From: Camelus dromedarius
Lineage: Eukaryota
Length of the DNA: 64,000 nucleotides
Reading direction: 5' to 3'
Assembly (NCBI RefSeq): GCF_036321535.1
Contig: NC_087437.1
Location: forward strand, 80,912,001 to 80,976,000
The stretch's first letter is position 1, and the number at the start of each line of letters is the position of its first letter. The position numbers and the translations under genes are program-made. The notes under the pieces are model-generated. The model was not told the DNA's origin, did not search any database, and saw nothing but the letters and a program-made list of their open reading frames with translations. This document shows positions 51,330-64,000 of the stretch, piece by piece.

Positions 51330-52270
51330 GAGTATCTGAAATATGGATGAATGCTCATCATAGATTTACACTGATCAATGTTAAGTATGATAAAACTAGA
51401 TTTACATGTTAGTTTTGGAGGAATTTGTATTTCTAGAGTATTGTTTTTCCTATCCAAGAACATAGCACACATCTTTCCATTTCTTCATATCCTGTTGTGT
51501 GTATTTCAATAGGATTTAACATTTTTGTCATTTAAATCCTTGTCAAATTTACTCCTAGTTATTTTCCCTTGTTATTGTCATTAAGAATGAAAATTCTTTC
51601 CCATTTTCCTTTCTCAGTGATTATTGCTAAACAGGGAAAATTTGTAGATGTAAACAAATTATTCTATACCCAGCCACCTCACAAATTCATATAAATTCTC
51701 TCCTGTTTTTTTTTTTTTCTGTTTCTTTTTAAAATACAGTCTTGTCAGCAAAGGGATTATCCTTGTTTTCCCAATGATTTTTACATGGTATTTAATTTTT
51801 CTAAAACTTGTATGGCATTTGTTAGCATCTTTAGAACAGTGGGTAGTAATAGTGGTAGCCCTCCTCTCTGTCCAGTTCTCAATATTAAGAAAAATGGCTT
51901 CATTTTTTCGTTATTTATGATATCTGCTGTTGATTTTTGATAAATAACTTTTATTATATTTAAGAAATTTCCACTTTACTTACTGTCTCTTTTAGAAATG
52001 ATGGTCTAATTTTGGTCTTCTTCCCTGGATTTATTGACATCACACGGTGTTCCTCCTGTAATTTCTTGATATACTTTATTATGCTGGTGGATTTTCAGAT
52101 GTTGAATCTCCCTTCTCTTCTTGGAATAAGTTCTATTTGGTCATAATGTATTGTTATTTCCATGCTTTGATGAATCCTATTTGATAATATTTCAGTTAAA
52201 AGATTACCAAAAAAATGGGTCTAAAATAAGTATTTCTAAATGATCTACGTTAGAACATCTTTGTCAACTT
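51330..52270 (-). mobile_element. Old L1 ORF2 fragment (L1ME-like)
   Basis: ttcctatccaagaacatag...aaatttactcctag...ttctatttggtcataatgta. Confidence 0.7.
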
Positions 52271-52430
52271 TCCATGTAAACATGTAAATATTTGAAGTTG
52301 TACCTGTGTTGGGTTTCCCTTCCTACAGCCACTGGAGAAATCTTGTCTGGGCCTCAAGGCTTACCTCAGTGCTGTTCCATCTGTGAAACCTTTCCTTTGT
52401 CTTGACCCCTGCTGCATAAAAACACTTCTT

Positions 52431-52703
52431 TTTTTGGAAGTTTTTAAAAAAATTTGCATTCTTTTCTGTTGAAGTATAGTCGGTTTACAATGTCGTATCA
52501 ATTTCTGGTGTATAGCATAATATTTCAGACATACATGTACATACATATATTTCTTTTCATATTCTTTTTCATTATAGGTTACTACAAGATATTGGTTATA
52601 GTTCCCTGTGTTATACAGAAGAAACTTGTTGTTTATCTATTTTACATATAGTAGTTAGTATCTGCAAATCTTGAACTCCCAATTTATTAAAGGATAACTT
52701 GGG
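52431..52703 (-). mobile_element. Short young L1 3' end
   Basis: Perfect 15-bp TSD ataaaaacacttctt at 52416-52430 and 52704-52718; L1 body ~52460-52687. Confidence 0.93.
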
Positions 52704-54899
52704 ATAAAAACACTTCTTATGCTAAATCTTCATGACATATTGTAGTGTCAAAGCATGATTTTCAAAACCTTAATATGACACTCATGTGAGTACACATTGA
52801 GCATTTGTCAAAGATTTACTTAACTCTTTGCGAGGGAACCAGCAGGATGATAAGCTGGTTCAAAACATTCTCTGTTTGATCAACAGCGAATTATTGAGTT
52901 CATTGGGGATGTACTAAAATAAGTTGGCTAAGTTGGAGACAAGTTGGTTAATGTCCTGAAGGGCAATAAAATCATAATGTGTAGGGTTATTTTTTTCTAC
53001 TGAACAGAGGTCATTTGCATCTCTTCCAGACAAAAATTGATAACTTATTATACAACCTTGTAGAATCATATTAAATAGCAAGTCAGAGAAAGGTATATTC
53101 TCCCAGAGAAAGAAATAATCCTTGAGTGGGTCTGTTAGATGATGTTCACGGATGACATTGAAAAGATATGCAGGCTTCCTTTTGCCAAATTTCTACATTT
53201 TGGATATTTTTTTTCTTAACAGTAGTAAATTCCGTAGTAGGTACAATCTACTTCATGTTTCCATTATTTGCATGTCTGACCCATACCGGCACGGTGTAGA
53301 AAAGAGTATGTGGGTCTTGAATATCTCACAGAATTTAAGGTTTGAATCTTGACTGTCTAGGCCTGGCCCTTATCCCTGTGTGGTTTGTGCTTTTGGAGGA
53401 GGGGTCTGGGACAGCTGGGAGGCACAGTAAAAATACATGGAGGGCTTGGGGCACCAGGAGAAAGCACACATGGCATGTCTCTGGCATTCTCACATGGCAG
53501 CAACTCAGTATGACCACAGTCCACCAGCTTGAGGACACAAATGGCCACCAGGAGATGGCTAAGCCTAAGTTTCTGTTTGTGCCTCCATTGCTTACGTGGG
53601 ACTTTTCAGACACTTACTAAGGGACTCTCTCCCTCAATATTTCTGAGTTTCCCCCAGAGGGGGGCCCATTTTACCGCAGAGCAATGTAACAGCCACAGTC
53701 ATCCCAACCTATTCTCCTTCTGGGCCTTGGGCTTCCCTCTGGGTGGCGTTTGCTCCTGATGTCCCGTGAAGCTCCTCGTGGCCGTGGAGAATGTTGGAGA
53801 ACGGAGAAACCAAGGGAACGCTCTTCTGATGCCCCAAAACTAAGAAGCTGTCTTTGCTACCACTTCCAACTGCAAGTCCCCCTTTCCTCCCATAACTGAG
53901 TGTCTTAACAGAACAGGTCCATCTGACCCATAGAATCTGGGGAGGCAATTTACTCAGGGATTGTGTACTTGGGTTCACATGCACGTTTACATGCTTTAGG
54001 GTAAAGAAGATTTTAAACGCCTGTTATTCAGTTATTATTTGAGTGCTAATTAGTACCCGTTGCTATAGGATAAAGATTTAAAAAGGAATATTCCTGGCCA
54101 ATAAGAAACTAATTCAAACTATCTAGTTTAAGTAGGCTAAACATATTAAAAGGTCAAATGATTTTACAAAACCTATGAAATGTTGTAGGATGTAAACCCA
54201 GCCCAAGGCATTTGTTGTGAGGTTGTTGGTAGTGACTGGGGAACCACATTCCTGTCATTGGAGACAGCACTGAAATTGAAGGATGTTTTTCTCTCCAGAG
54301 GAGAAAGTGAATAGGGTTTATGTATTGAGAGTGAAGATGTTTGTGTGCTTATGTACAAAATATCTGGGAGTTCAAGCTGAAATCTTCCTGCCCCCCCATG
54401 ACAGGGTGTTTTTGTTGTTGTTTTAGCTTTTACCCGGCAAACATATTGCGCTGAAAAACAATTCAACAGCTCTCATTGTACCAACATGAATGGATGCCAT
54501 GTGCCTTGTCTGATCCTGTAGTCCTTCACTCTTGCCTTCAGAACCACAAATATGCCGCTTCTTTAGCTATTTAGTCATTGCATTGTAGCCTATCACTAAG
54601 GAGAACAGTAGATTTAAAGTTCTAACGATTAGGTACGAAGTTATGGAGAGGAAAAGATGTTGGCGTGTAAGAGGTTTTAGGGTGCAAGGGGACTCAAAAG
54701 TATAGCTTCTGAAGTAACTTCTAACAGAAACCAGATCTGTCCTGAACGAAGTGTGTCTTTACTTTTAGAATTATTGAGTAGGACTGTTCAGGTTAGAAGA
54801 CGGTACATCTTTGAGAAAAGAATAAATCACCATTATTATTTTTTTTAAAGGCTTCCTATTGCTGCTGAGGAATCAATACCTCCCCTTTGTTTTATGATG

Positions 54900-55062
54900 A
54901 AATATTATATAACTGGGAAACTTAAAAAAATAGGGTCTTGGTGTCACTTCAGGTGAATTGAATTAGAACCTCTGGGGTAGGTGCTGCTCCTGCTGTATTG
55001 TATGTTTTAAAAGCCCTCCAGGTGAGTTTGATGTGCTGCCGGGGTAGAGCATTATGGCGCTA
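54900..55062 (+). mobile_element. MER5B-like MITE remnant
   Basis: tgaattagaacctctgggg...ttttaaaagccctccaggtgagtttgatgtgc. Confidence 0.6.
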
Positions 55063-55419
55063 CCCTAACTACAGCCTGAAATGGCCCTATGGTCACTTCA
55101 TTGTCTTGGAAGTCATGAGGGTGTTATGATGCTAGTTCTTTAGCACAGCATCTCACAGTTGGGTAACCCAGACACTAGTCCCTTAGCCCACCTTATATGT
55201 GGGTGGTATAGCCAAGGAGCAAAACATCTGGCCAGGTCTATATGCAGAATTCTGACGAACTTCCAGTCCTTTACTTTGACTGACAGCCTCAGAAATTGTG
55301 GATCCTACCTGGTGATAGAGAATCATCTAGTTTACTTGTCTCTGTGCCTCATTTATAGGAATGCCTCCTAATAGGCATTTGTTTATGGTAACTTACGTGG
55401 TTTAGAAAACAAATTCTAT

Positions 55420-56050
55420 AGTCAACTATATCTTTCTGTGTGTATGTGATTTTTATCTTTTATTAATTGAGCTTTTTCTGCTCCAAGATAATATGGATCT
55501 GTAGTTTCTAGTGGTACTTATAAAAATCTTTTTCATCTATATCTTAAATCACATGAAACATATTTGAGGTGGTCTTGTATTTTCTTCCCTGAAAAGTTAG
55601 CCAGTGTTCCAATATCGTTTATTAATGTCTCCACCAATTTCCCATTGATTTGAAATGGCACTGGTCATTTTTGTTTATATTTGAACCTTTCCTTTAGGTT
55701 TTCTATTCTGCATCCTTAACCTTTTATTGGTTCCCAAACTATGTGTTGTTTCTGACTTTGAAGAAAACAACTTTAGTGTTCAATCATTAAATAAGATGTT
55801 GACATGGAAAATCTGAGATTTTTATCGCAAGAAGGTATTAGTCTTCTTCATTTTCCAAGATTTGTTAAAATCTATAATGATTTAATGAATTTTATAATAA
55901 TCATATAGTTTTTCTCTTTTGACCAACTGATGTGATGAGTTATATTAATAATCTCTTAATATGATGCCATTCTTGCATTTTGGGGGATAAAATCAGCTAT
56001 GTTACTATGTAAATTCTTCTAACATGGGGCTGGACTGATTTTTCTGAAAC
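55420..56050 (-). mobile_element. Old L1 fragments
   Basis: ttcccattgatttgaaatggcac...tttagtgttcaatcattaaataagatgtt...cattcttgcattttggggataaa. Confidence 0.55.
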
Positions 56051-56919
56051 AGTTTACTTTATAATGAAATTAAAACATTGTTTGACAGAACCCAGCAATA
56101 AGTGGTATTGGTAATTTCCATAGAAAATGAGTTTTAAGATTATAAGGAGTGAATGGATAGTGAGGAAACAGGCAGTAGGTTTTAAAAAACAAGTTAGGAA
56201 TAAAAATGAATTGCTAGTTTAATCCTTCTCAAGGCTTATAAGTTGAACTTGTATGTTGAAGGAGCAACACATTTAAGGCATAATCAAAAGTACTTTTATT
56301 CATGTACCATCCCTCATCCATTCTGTGAAGACAGTTTTCTCTTTACCTCTGCTTGAAACCTCATGCTCAAATATTAAGTGTTTTACTCCTATTCAAAGAG
56401 TCTCATTTCAGTGAATAAAATACTGAGAATCATGAAACAGTGAGAACAAAATTAAAACTTCTCCATCTCAGTTCTAGCCTTCAGTCAGAGTGCTGGGATC
56501 TGGTTGATTTTTTTTTCCTTCACCATGACAGCTTCTTTTTCCTCCCCCTCACTTTGCAGTTTAGTCTCCTAATCCCTCCAGGTTTGAAATATGGGGAATG
56601 GAGCAAAGGGTAGGGAGCAAGGAAGGTTTTACATGACTGGCCCCAATTTATGAAGACCGTGGCTTCCTCTGGCTGTCCGTCACAGGGGGCTCTGTGGGGC
56701 TTCACCAAACTCTAGCAACACCTTATCTGTGGTTCAATAACTAATACATTTTCTCTAGCTGGTTACTTAAAATTCCTCCTCCTTGTCTTTAAAATTCTGG
56801 CAGTGCAATGTTAGCCTTTTTGTGATGGGGTCCTCACCCCTCCAGACAGCTCTCTCGGGCAGGTTCTAATTCCTGACCATCCCTAGCCCAGGAGAAGCGC
56901 TAACACTGGGATTGCAGAC

Positions 56920-57284
56920 TGGGATGGACTGAATGTCCCCCACCCTCAAATTCATATGTTGAAATCTTAGCCCCCAGTGTGATGGTATTAGGAGGTAGGG
57001 CCTTTGGGAGGTAATTAGGTCTTGAGGGTGCAGCTCCCACGATGGGACTGGTGGCCTTATGAGAAGAGACACTGAGAGCTTGCTTCCTCTTTCCTCTCTG
57101 TGTGTGAGGATATAGTGAGGAGGCACCATCTACAAGCCAGGAAGAGGGCCCTCACCAGACCTGGACTAAGCTGGCTCCTGGGTCTTGGACTTCCCAGCCT
57201 CTAGAACTGGGAGAAGTCAAGGTCTGTTGTTTAGGGCACTCAGTTCATGGTATTTTGCTACAACAGCATGAGCGGACTAAGACA
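56920..57284 (+). mobile_element. MaLR solo LTR (MLT1A0-like)
   Basis: atggactgaatg...caaattcatatgttgaaatc...ggcctttgggagg...ggacttcccagcctctagaac...gactaagaca. Confidence 0.93.
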
Positions 57285-57397
57285 GGCCATGCCTGCTCTG
57301 TCTTCAGAGCAGGGGCTCCAGCCACAGCCTCTCGCTTTTAGCCTGGTGTTTGACTCTACTTTGTTTCCCAAACCAAAGGGACACATATCAAGCCCTT

Positions 57398-57861
57398 TGT
57401 GAAATAAAACTCATGTTTTATGGCAAGACAAGAAAAACTTAAACACAAAATTTCTTCTCTGCCCTATGGCCTCTTCTCTCCGCGCTGCTGTGCACTGTGT
57501 ACCTGCGTTACACATGGAGCAAAACTCCTCCATCAGCAGAAACACCTGCCCTGCTCAGCCATAAAGAATAACGTTCTTCTAGCACCAACAAGACAAATCC
57601 TTAAAAGATAACTAACATTCCTTCTTGATCTTTTAAGGGGTGACCATGTATGCTAAGATCTGGATTGTGTAAACTGTCAATAATATGTAATTTAATGTAT
57701 AGCCCTCTGTCTCAAAAAACTTAAATAACTCTGCCTAATCTTTTGATGGGCAGAATAGTTCTCAGAGTTTTCTGAGGTGCTCTTCCTGAATTGTAATCCT
57801 CCAATTTGGCTCAAGTAGAATTTTCCATTTCTTAGATCGACTGACTAATTTTTCATCTATA
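57398..57861 (+). mobile_element. ERV1-type solo LTR
   Basis: Starts TG (tgtgaaat), ends ...ttcatctata; 4-bp TSD cctt at 57394-57397 and 57862-57865; decayed poly(A)-signal region tttggctcaagtaga; family not identified. Confidence 0.7.
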
Positions 57862-59109
57862 CCTTCAGGTGGTCTTCTTGAAGACCCTCTCTTGAGGTTT
57901 GGGGAGAGGTAAGGACCTACTTCCCTAGGCTTATAACCCACCAACACTTCTCTGTAATGATGGGGTTTTTTTGCCATTACCTTCCTATTCTTTTCTAAAA
58001 GGCAGGAAGTGTTTGGTAAGCCAAGAGTTACACCACGGGTTCTTCGTTACCTCTTTAAGAGCCCCGCACAGCTCACCTGTTGCTTGGGTGTGGCAGTCCT
58101 GGGCACCTATCTCCCCGAGGTCTCAGCCAAAACAGACATGAGACAGTCCTGTCTTAAGATCCCGCTTACACAACAGAATATTTGTCATATTACTTTGTAT
58201 TTGGTGTTAAGTAAGGACAGCCTAGCGAGACAAGAAGGGTCAGTCAGGGACAGTCAGGGACGCAGGCTTTGAAGCTCTGAGCTAACTCAGTCTTGTCTTA
58301 TCTGAACCACATCAGAATCTGGTGGTTTGAGCCTGCACTGCCTCTTTCTCTTCCTTTGCACCAGTCACAGCTTCCTCATTCCTTCTGTTAGTTTTTGCCA
58401 GACATTTTTTGCAGACGCCACTATTGAACTTCGTGTGTCCATTTCCACTTTCCTTCTGGTGAGTCTTCTACTCACTGATTAGCTCCTTTCACCTGTTTCT
58501 GAAATCTGGTTTTCAAAGTGTTTTCTGGAAGACCATTCTTGAGCGAGAAGCCACAAAACCAGTGTTCTGTCATTCTATTTATTTGGTGAATGCTGCATGC
58601 ATGCTAGATCTGTCTTTGGTGACTGACAGTGCATAAAGCACATCTGAGCGCTTGAGGAGTTCTGTAGTAAAGAAATTGGTTGAATTTTTTTAAAGCCAAG
58701 CACCTCACAAACTTACTTGATTCTAGATGGTTGTCACCCCCACTTGTCTGGTGGGACTTGTGTTCTCCCCAGGAAGCACTTTGGAAATGCTGATTTATGC
58801 CATGTTGCTGCTTGGGGCTTAGCTAGATTGTTGTCTTGCATTGTAGGTGAGGTCAAAGGGGAGTCAGGGAAGACTGAGGGATTACCACCTTCTTATCAAC
58901 TTCTCCTGGTTACATCCTCCAGCTTTCTCTCACATTGCACCCTATTAATCTTTCTTTGTTAATTTCCTTTCATTGTTTCCATTTTAGAGTTCTATTTATC
59001 ATAGAAACTTCCTATTGATATTAATAATTGTATCAGTTAGTTCCTCAGAATGATAATTTCCGAGGTTTATTCTTTAATATCTTATTAGTCATCCTTTTAG
59101 AAAAAACAT

Positions 59110-59720
59110 TTTAAATTATGCTTTTACTAGAAAGTAGTGTTTATTTATTTTATAAAAATTAGCAAGTACAGGTAAGCAAAAGAGAAAATGATCACTTCTA
59201 ATCTTATCTGACCTAGAGATATAACTGTTCACTGATATATATTTATATATATATTAAATATATGTGATATATATATCATATGATATATATAACTGATACA
59301 TGTTTCTAGATTATCTTCTGTGGATGCATAGAAGTCCACTCTGTACATATTATTTTTATGTGTGGATGTGTCAAATACACATCTATAAGACTTTTATAAT
59401 GGCATAACCTTCTAGTAGAGTATGTAGTTTAACTGATTCCCTACTTAGGTGTGTCAGATTGCTTTCCAGTATTTCACAATCATTGACAACTCTGGTGAAG
59501 ATTTTTATGCCTAAATCCTCACAAAACATCTTTGATTATTTCTTTAGTTTCCATTAATTGGAAATAATTAATGGACTTTTAGGTAAAGAAAATGCACAAA
59601 ACTCTGAGTCTTTTGCTGTGTATTTATAGAAGGCAAACCAGTTTATTATTCCATGTAAGTAATATTAATGTGTTTAAAAGACTTTTCATTTTAATGCATA
59701 TCAGAGATTTCCAACAGTGT
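59110..59720 (-). mobile_element. Old L1ME fragments with internal AT-rich repeat
   Basis: acctagagatataactgt...ttaggtgtgtcagattgctttccag; AT-rich tract at 59234-59292. Confidence 0.5.
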
Positions 59721-59749
59721 TACCTCTCTCAGGTTGTTAGCTCTTGGTT

Positions 59750-59945
59750 AAGAAAGGATGGTGTGAAAGAGGGAGCACAGAATTCCACAGATTTGGGATA
59801 AAATCAATCTATGTGACTTAGCGTAATTTATTTAAACTCTCCAAGCCTCAGTGTCTTTGTGAGTAAAACTGGGATAAAAGTTTCATATAGGCTTTTTTGC
59901 TGGGGGGTTGAATTTTGCACACAGAGAATGTCTAAGTACCTTATA
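59750..59945 (+). mobile_element. MIR remnant
   Basis: tgtgacttag...tatttaaactctccaagcctcagtgtc...gtaaaactgggataa. Confidence 0.65.
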
Positions 59946-60198
59946 CATACACGTAGATCACTTGTAGAATAGCTTTATATTCTAATTATATGTCATCCTT
60001 TCTCCCATTTAGTGATCAAAACTCTAGAAAGAATCATTTTCTCCATCTTAGACATACAGAGGACCGGCACTCATCAAATGCTTTCACCATCAGAGACAGG
60101 CAAAGTCATGCTCACCAGGAAGAACACTAGCATGAGGAATGCTGCTTTACTTGTGGGAAAATGACAATAGCGCTGACATCTGGACTCTGGTTGTCTCC

Positions 60199-60845
60199 TG
60201 TGATATTATGATATAATAAGAAGTACATGTTTGGTCTTTGTCCCTATTCCTGCCACGGATCTTGAGACCCTTACTTCCTGAGATTTAGGGCTGAGAGAAG
60301 CAGCTTTCGTTATTCACGATAAACTTTCACCATACCTGACTTTATGCTAATGAGGTGAGTCTTGGAGGTGCAGTGGTTGCCAGAGGAACCAATCAAGCGA
60401 TTAGAGGTTTGAAACTTTCAGCCCCACCCCCTGACCTCCTGCGAGGGGAGAGTCTGGGGACTGAGTTAATAATCAATGGCCAATGATTTACTCAATCATG
60501 CCTATGTAATGAAGCCCTCATAAAAACCCTAAACAAAGGGAGAGCTTCTGGGTTGGTGAGCACGTTGAGGTGCTCGGAGGCAGCACTCCCAGACAGGGCG
60601 TGGAAGCTCTGTACACCCACCCTTAGGGCTTTCCCTGGGAATCTATTTCATCTGGCTGTCCCGAGTTACATCCTTCATAATAAACTTACAATAGTAAGTA
60701 AAGGATTTTCCTGATTTCTGTGAACCATTCTAGTAAATTATTGACCCAAGGAAGGGATTGTGGAAACCCCTGACTTACAGCCAGTAGTTCAGAAGTAGGG
60801 GAGGCCCAGATTTGTGATTGGTGTCTGATGTGGGCAGTCTTGTGT
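60199..60845 (+). mobile_element. ERVL-class LTR (MER21-like)
   Basis: tgtgatattatgatataataaga...ttatgctaatgaggtga...ggttgccagaggaaccaa...actttcagccccacccc...gagcttctgggttggtga...cataataaac. Confidence 0.88.
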
Positions 60846-60849
60846 AATT

Positions 60850-61195
60850 CCATGTTTCATTTTTTGAGGAACTGCCACATTGTTATCCATAGTGACTGCA
60901 CCGTTTTATATTCCCACCAGCAATGCACAAGTTTTAGTTTCCTCACGTTTTTTGTCAACACTTCTTTTTTTTTTTTTTTTTTATAATAGCCATCCTAATG
61001 GGTATGAAGCAGTATTTCATTATGGTTTAGATTTGCATTTCCCTAATGGTTAGAGTACTAACAGTACTGACAATAGCTAAACATTTTTCATGTGTTGTTG
61101 GCTATTAGTATATTTTGGGGGAAATGTCTATTTAAAGTCTTTGCCCATATTTTTAATTGAACTGTTTTTTGTTGTTGTTGTTGCTGTTGAGCTGC
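60850..61195 (-). mobile_element. LINE-1 ORF2 3' fragment
   Basis: ttttgaggaactgccaca...ttcccaccagcaatgcac...agccatcctaatgggtatgaag...gatttgcatttccctaatg. Confidence 0.88.
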
Positions 61196-61723
61196 TCTAA
61201 GTCATTTTAAAAGGGGTACTATTGAATATCTTTTTTAGACAAAACTCCAGTTTCCACATAATATTAATTTTCTGGAATTTCCTTATTATGCTTAAATGTC
61301 ATTTTTCCTGTCAGAATTATTCTCATTGATATTTTTATGATTACTGGGAAAATGAGATTTTTGTCCTCAGCATCTGTGTTATGAAATGCTGATGACTGTA
61401 CTTTCTGGCATGTGTTCTGATTAGTTGGACAACCCATTTTGGCTAAACCATATTTTAAGAAGTTCACGTTTTAAAGGGTAAAATCCATATCTTCTGTCTA
61501 ATTTTCCAAATTTAAAAAATAGTGATAGCCTCCAATTTCATATAACAGCAAATCTGCTTCTTTCCAAACTGGGTGTGAGAAGAGGAATAAAATATTATGA
61601 CCATCAGCTGGGAAACAGTTCATAATCAGAGTGTGGTTTTGGTTTTTTTGTTTTTTGTTTTTGGCCTGAGTAGATAACAGAAAAGACTAAAATACTGAGA
61701 AGATAAGATTGAGTATTGACCTA

Positions 61724-62210
61724 CGTGTTAGTTTCCTCTGCCTGCTGTGACAAGTTGCCACAACCTGGGTAGCTTAAAGCATCGCAGATTTATTTTCTTA
61801 CAATTCTGGAGGCTCAGAAGCCCAAGTGTTTCACTGTGCTGAAATCAAGGTGCCAGTGGGGCCACTCTCCAGCTGGACACTCCAGAGGAGAATCTGCCCC
61901 CTTGCCTTTTCCAGCTCCCAGAGCAGCCTTCTTTGCATGGCTTCTTCCTGCATCAGCATCACATCTTGGCTTCAGTTGTTGCACTGCTGTCTTGTTCTGG
62001 TGTGTGAAATGTCCTTCTGTCTCTCTCTTATGATAATTCCCATGATTGCATTTAGTAGACACCTGGATAATCCAGGCTACTCTCCCCATTGCAAGATCCT
62101 TAAATTAATTACATCTGTAAAGATCCTTTCTGCCATATAAGGTAACATTCACAGGTTTCAGTGATTAGGATGTGGCTTTATTTGAAGAAATCATTTTCCA
62201 GCCTACCACA
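61724..62210 (-). mobile_element. MaLR solo LTR (MLT1C/D-like)
   Basis: tgttagtttcct...ttctggaggc...cacctggataatccagg...aaggtaacattcacagg...cagcctaccaca. Confidence 0.9.
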
Positions 62211-62434
62211 ACCTATAAGTGACACTTGGGAAATTAAAGTGAAAAAGACAAAAATAGTTGTAAACATCATAGATGTCATTGAATCCTAGTTCTGTGCACA
62301 AAATTAAAGTTTAATATGATTCTCCTGTTTTAATCATACCAACTGCCTTGCTTTTTTTTTTTTTTTTATAGTTTTGTTCTTAACCATTTGCTGTTTGCCT
62401 TCTGTTCCATGCTGCTGATACAGTGCAGAGCAGA

Positions 62435-62979
62435 AGCCAAGACATGGAAACAACCTAAATGTCCATTGACTGGATAAGGTTGTGGTATATTTATACAATG
62501 GAATACCACTCAGCCATAAAAAAGAATAAAATAATGCCATTTGCAGCAACATAGTTGGACCTTGAGATTGTCATTCTAAGTAAGTAAGCCAGAAAGAGAA
62601 AGCAAAATACTGTATATCACTTAAATGTGGAATCAAAAAAAAAAAAAAAAAGACAAACTTATTTATAAAATAGAACCAGACTCACAGACATAGAGAACAA
62701 ACTTGTGGTTACTGTTGGGGAAAGGGGATGGGAAGGGATAAATTGGGAGTTCAAGATTTGCAGATACTAACTAATATATATAAAATAAATAAACAACAAG
62801 TTCATACTGTATAGCACAGGGAACTATATTCAATGTCTTGTAGTAACTTATGGTGAAAAAGAATATGAAAACGAATATATGTATGTACATGTATGACTGA
62901 AGCATTATGCTGTACACCAGAAATTGACACAACATTGTAAACAGACAATACTTCAATAAAAAATGTATATACAAAAAAA
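62435..62979 (+). mobile_element. 5'-truncated young LINE-1 3' end
   Basis: agccaagacatggaaacaacctaaatgtcc...gtacaccagaaattgacacaacattg...tcaataaaaaa; same family as 40215-41005. Confidence 0.94.
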
Positions 62980-63039
62980 GTTTATCAGTGACTATTGAGC
63001 CTAATCTTGGAGCATTTCTCTTCAGTTTTCATCCTTCAC

Positions 63040-63515
63040 ATTTGCTTTGAGGCACGCAGCAGAGCCCACTCATTAATAAACAAAATTCTCTTTAAATGCC
63101 TCTTTAAACACTCACTCATCTACTGGCTCGTCTTCTTCCATCGTAATCATTGCAACCAGTCCGTCTCTCTCCTTTGATGTCTCTTTCCCTCCTAACCCAT
63201 GATATTGAATTCTTTGAGGTTCTGTGCATATCTGTTTGGTTTCTTCCCAGACCCCAGAGTCTTTTTTCTCTCTTGTTAAGGAGACTTGCAAACATTTACC
63301 TTTAAACCTGAATTCTAACCATGTGCTTGTGACAGTCATCTGTTTCCTGCCCTCTTACATATCACGGACACAGAGATATTCTGATGGCATCTCCAATCCA
63401 GCATTTATAAAAACAAAACTCATCTCTCTCACTCTTCTAACCAGTTTTTGTTTTAATTTCCAAGCAGGTCAATGACACCACAATTATGCCAGAAATTTTG
63501 GGGTCATTCCTTAGA
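63040..63515 (+). mobile_element. L2 fragment
   Basis: catctcc...aaaacaaaactcatc...caatgacaccacaat...ccagaaattttggggtcattc. Confidence 0.45.
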
Positions 63516-63583
63516 AGTAGGCATTGTTACAGCCTTTTGAAAACTGATTTTGGTTTGGTTGTTTTTCCCTCTGTAGTCTACAG

Positions 63584-63759
63584 CAGTGCTACTCAAAGTG
63601 TGGTCCATAGATCAACAGTATTAGCATCGCCTGAAAGCCTATAAGAAATGCAAATTTTTGGTCCAGTCCCAGACCTTCTGAATTATAATCAGTATTTTAA
63701 CTGTGTGTTAGCAAGCTCTCCAGCTGAGTCTAGTGCACAGTGGTGTTCAGTAACCACTG
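63584..63759 (+). mobile_element. MER5A hAT-Charlie MITE
   Basis: Termini cagtg / cactg; 8-bp TSD gtctacag (63576) / gtctagag (63760). Confidence 0.9.
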
Positions 63760-64000
63760 GTCTAGAGTTGAGTGTAGACTGGCATCACTCCAGGCTTAGA
63801 TCACTCCACCAGCTTCTTACTAGGTGAGTCTCCCTATTTTCAGTCAAATATTTTATGGAGAATTATTTTCTTTTTAATTCCTATTATTTCTGTCAATCTT
63901 ATTTCATATCTTACAGTGTTATGTATTTGATGTGTCTGAAATATGTGGAAACTGGCCCAGAGGACATGTTCAAGGGGAACAGACATCTAGAATTGATTAA

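Noticed and set aside
1..64000. Prokaryotic-type systems (CRISPR arrays, operons, defence islands)
   Set aside because: The sequence is mammalian; there are no repeat-spacer arrays and no dense ORFs.

Overview
Eukaryotic, AT-rich, repeat-dense mammalian DNA, intronic or intergenic. No intact protein-coding exon could be recognised. Two tRNA-derived SINEs of the camelid Vic-1 type and many young LINE-1 3' ends point to a camelid genome (inference). The window holds: (i) an old processed ACTR3 (Arp3) pseudogene on the minus strand (~20460-21947), internally deleted and later hit by a Tigger2-type MITE and a short L1; (ii) a heavily deleted class I (MER34-like) endogenous retrovirus (~34406-38069); (iii) about 20 LINE-1 fragments of several ages, including a twin-primed 5'-inverted copy and a tail-to-tail inverted pair; (iv) MaLR, ERVL and ERV1 solo LTRs, hAT and Tigger MITEs, MIR and L2. 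I found no new biological system. The most unusual signals are DNA-repair-type scars: an exact 41-nt copy of one specific L1 3'UTR pasted into the ERV pol gene 3.7 kb away, a snap-back hairpin at the junction of a tail-less L1 fragment, and several internal L1 pieces lacking poly(A). Repeat family names come from recalled consensus sequences, and boundaries are approximate unless a target-site duplication (TSD) is quoted.
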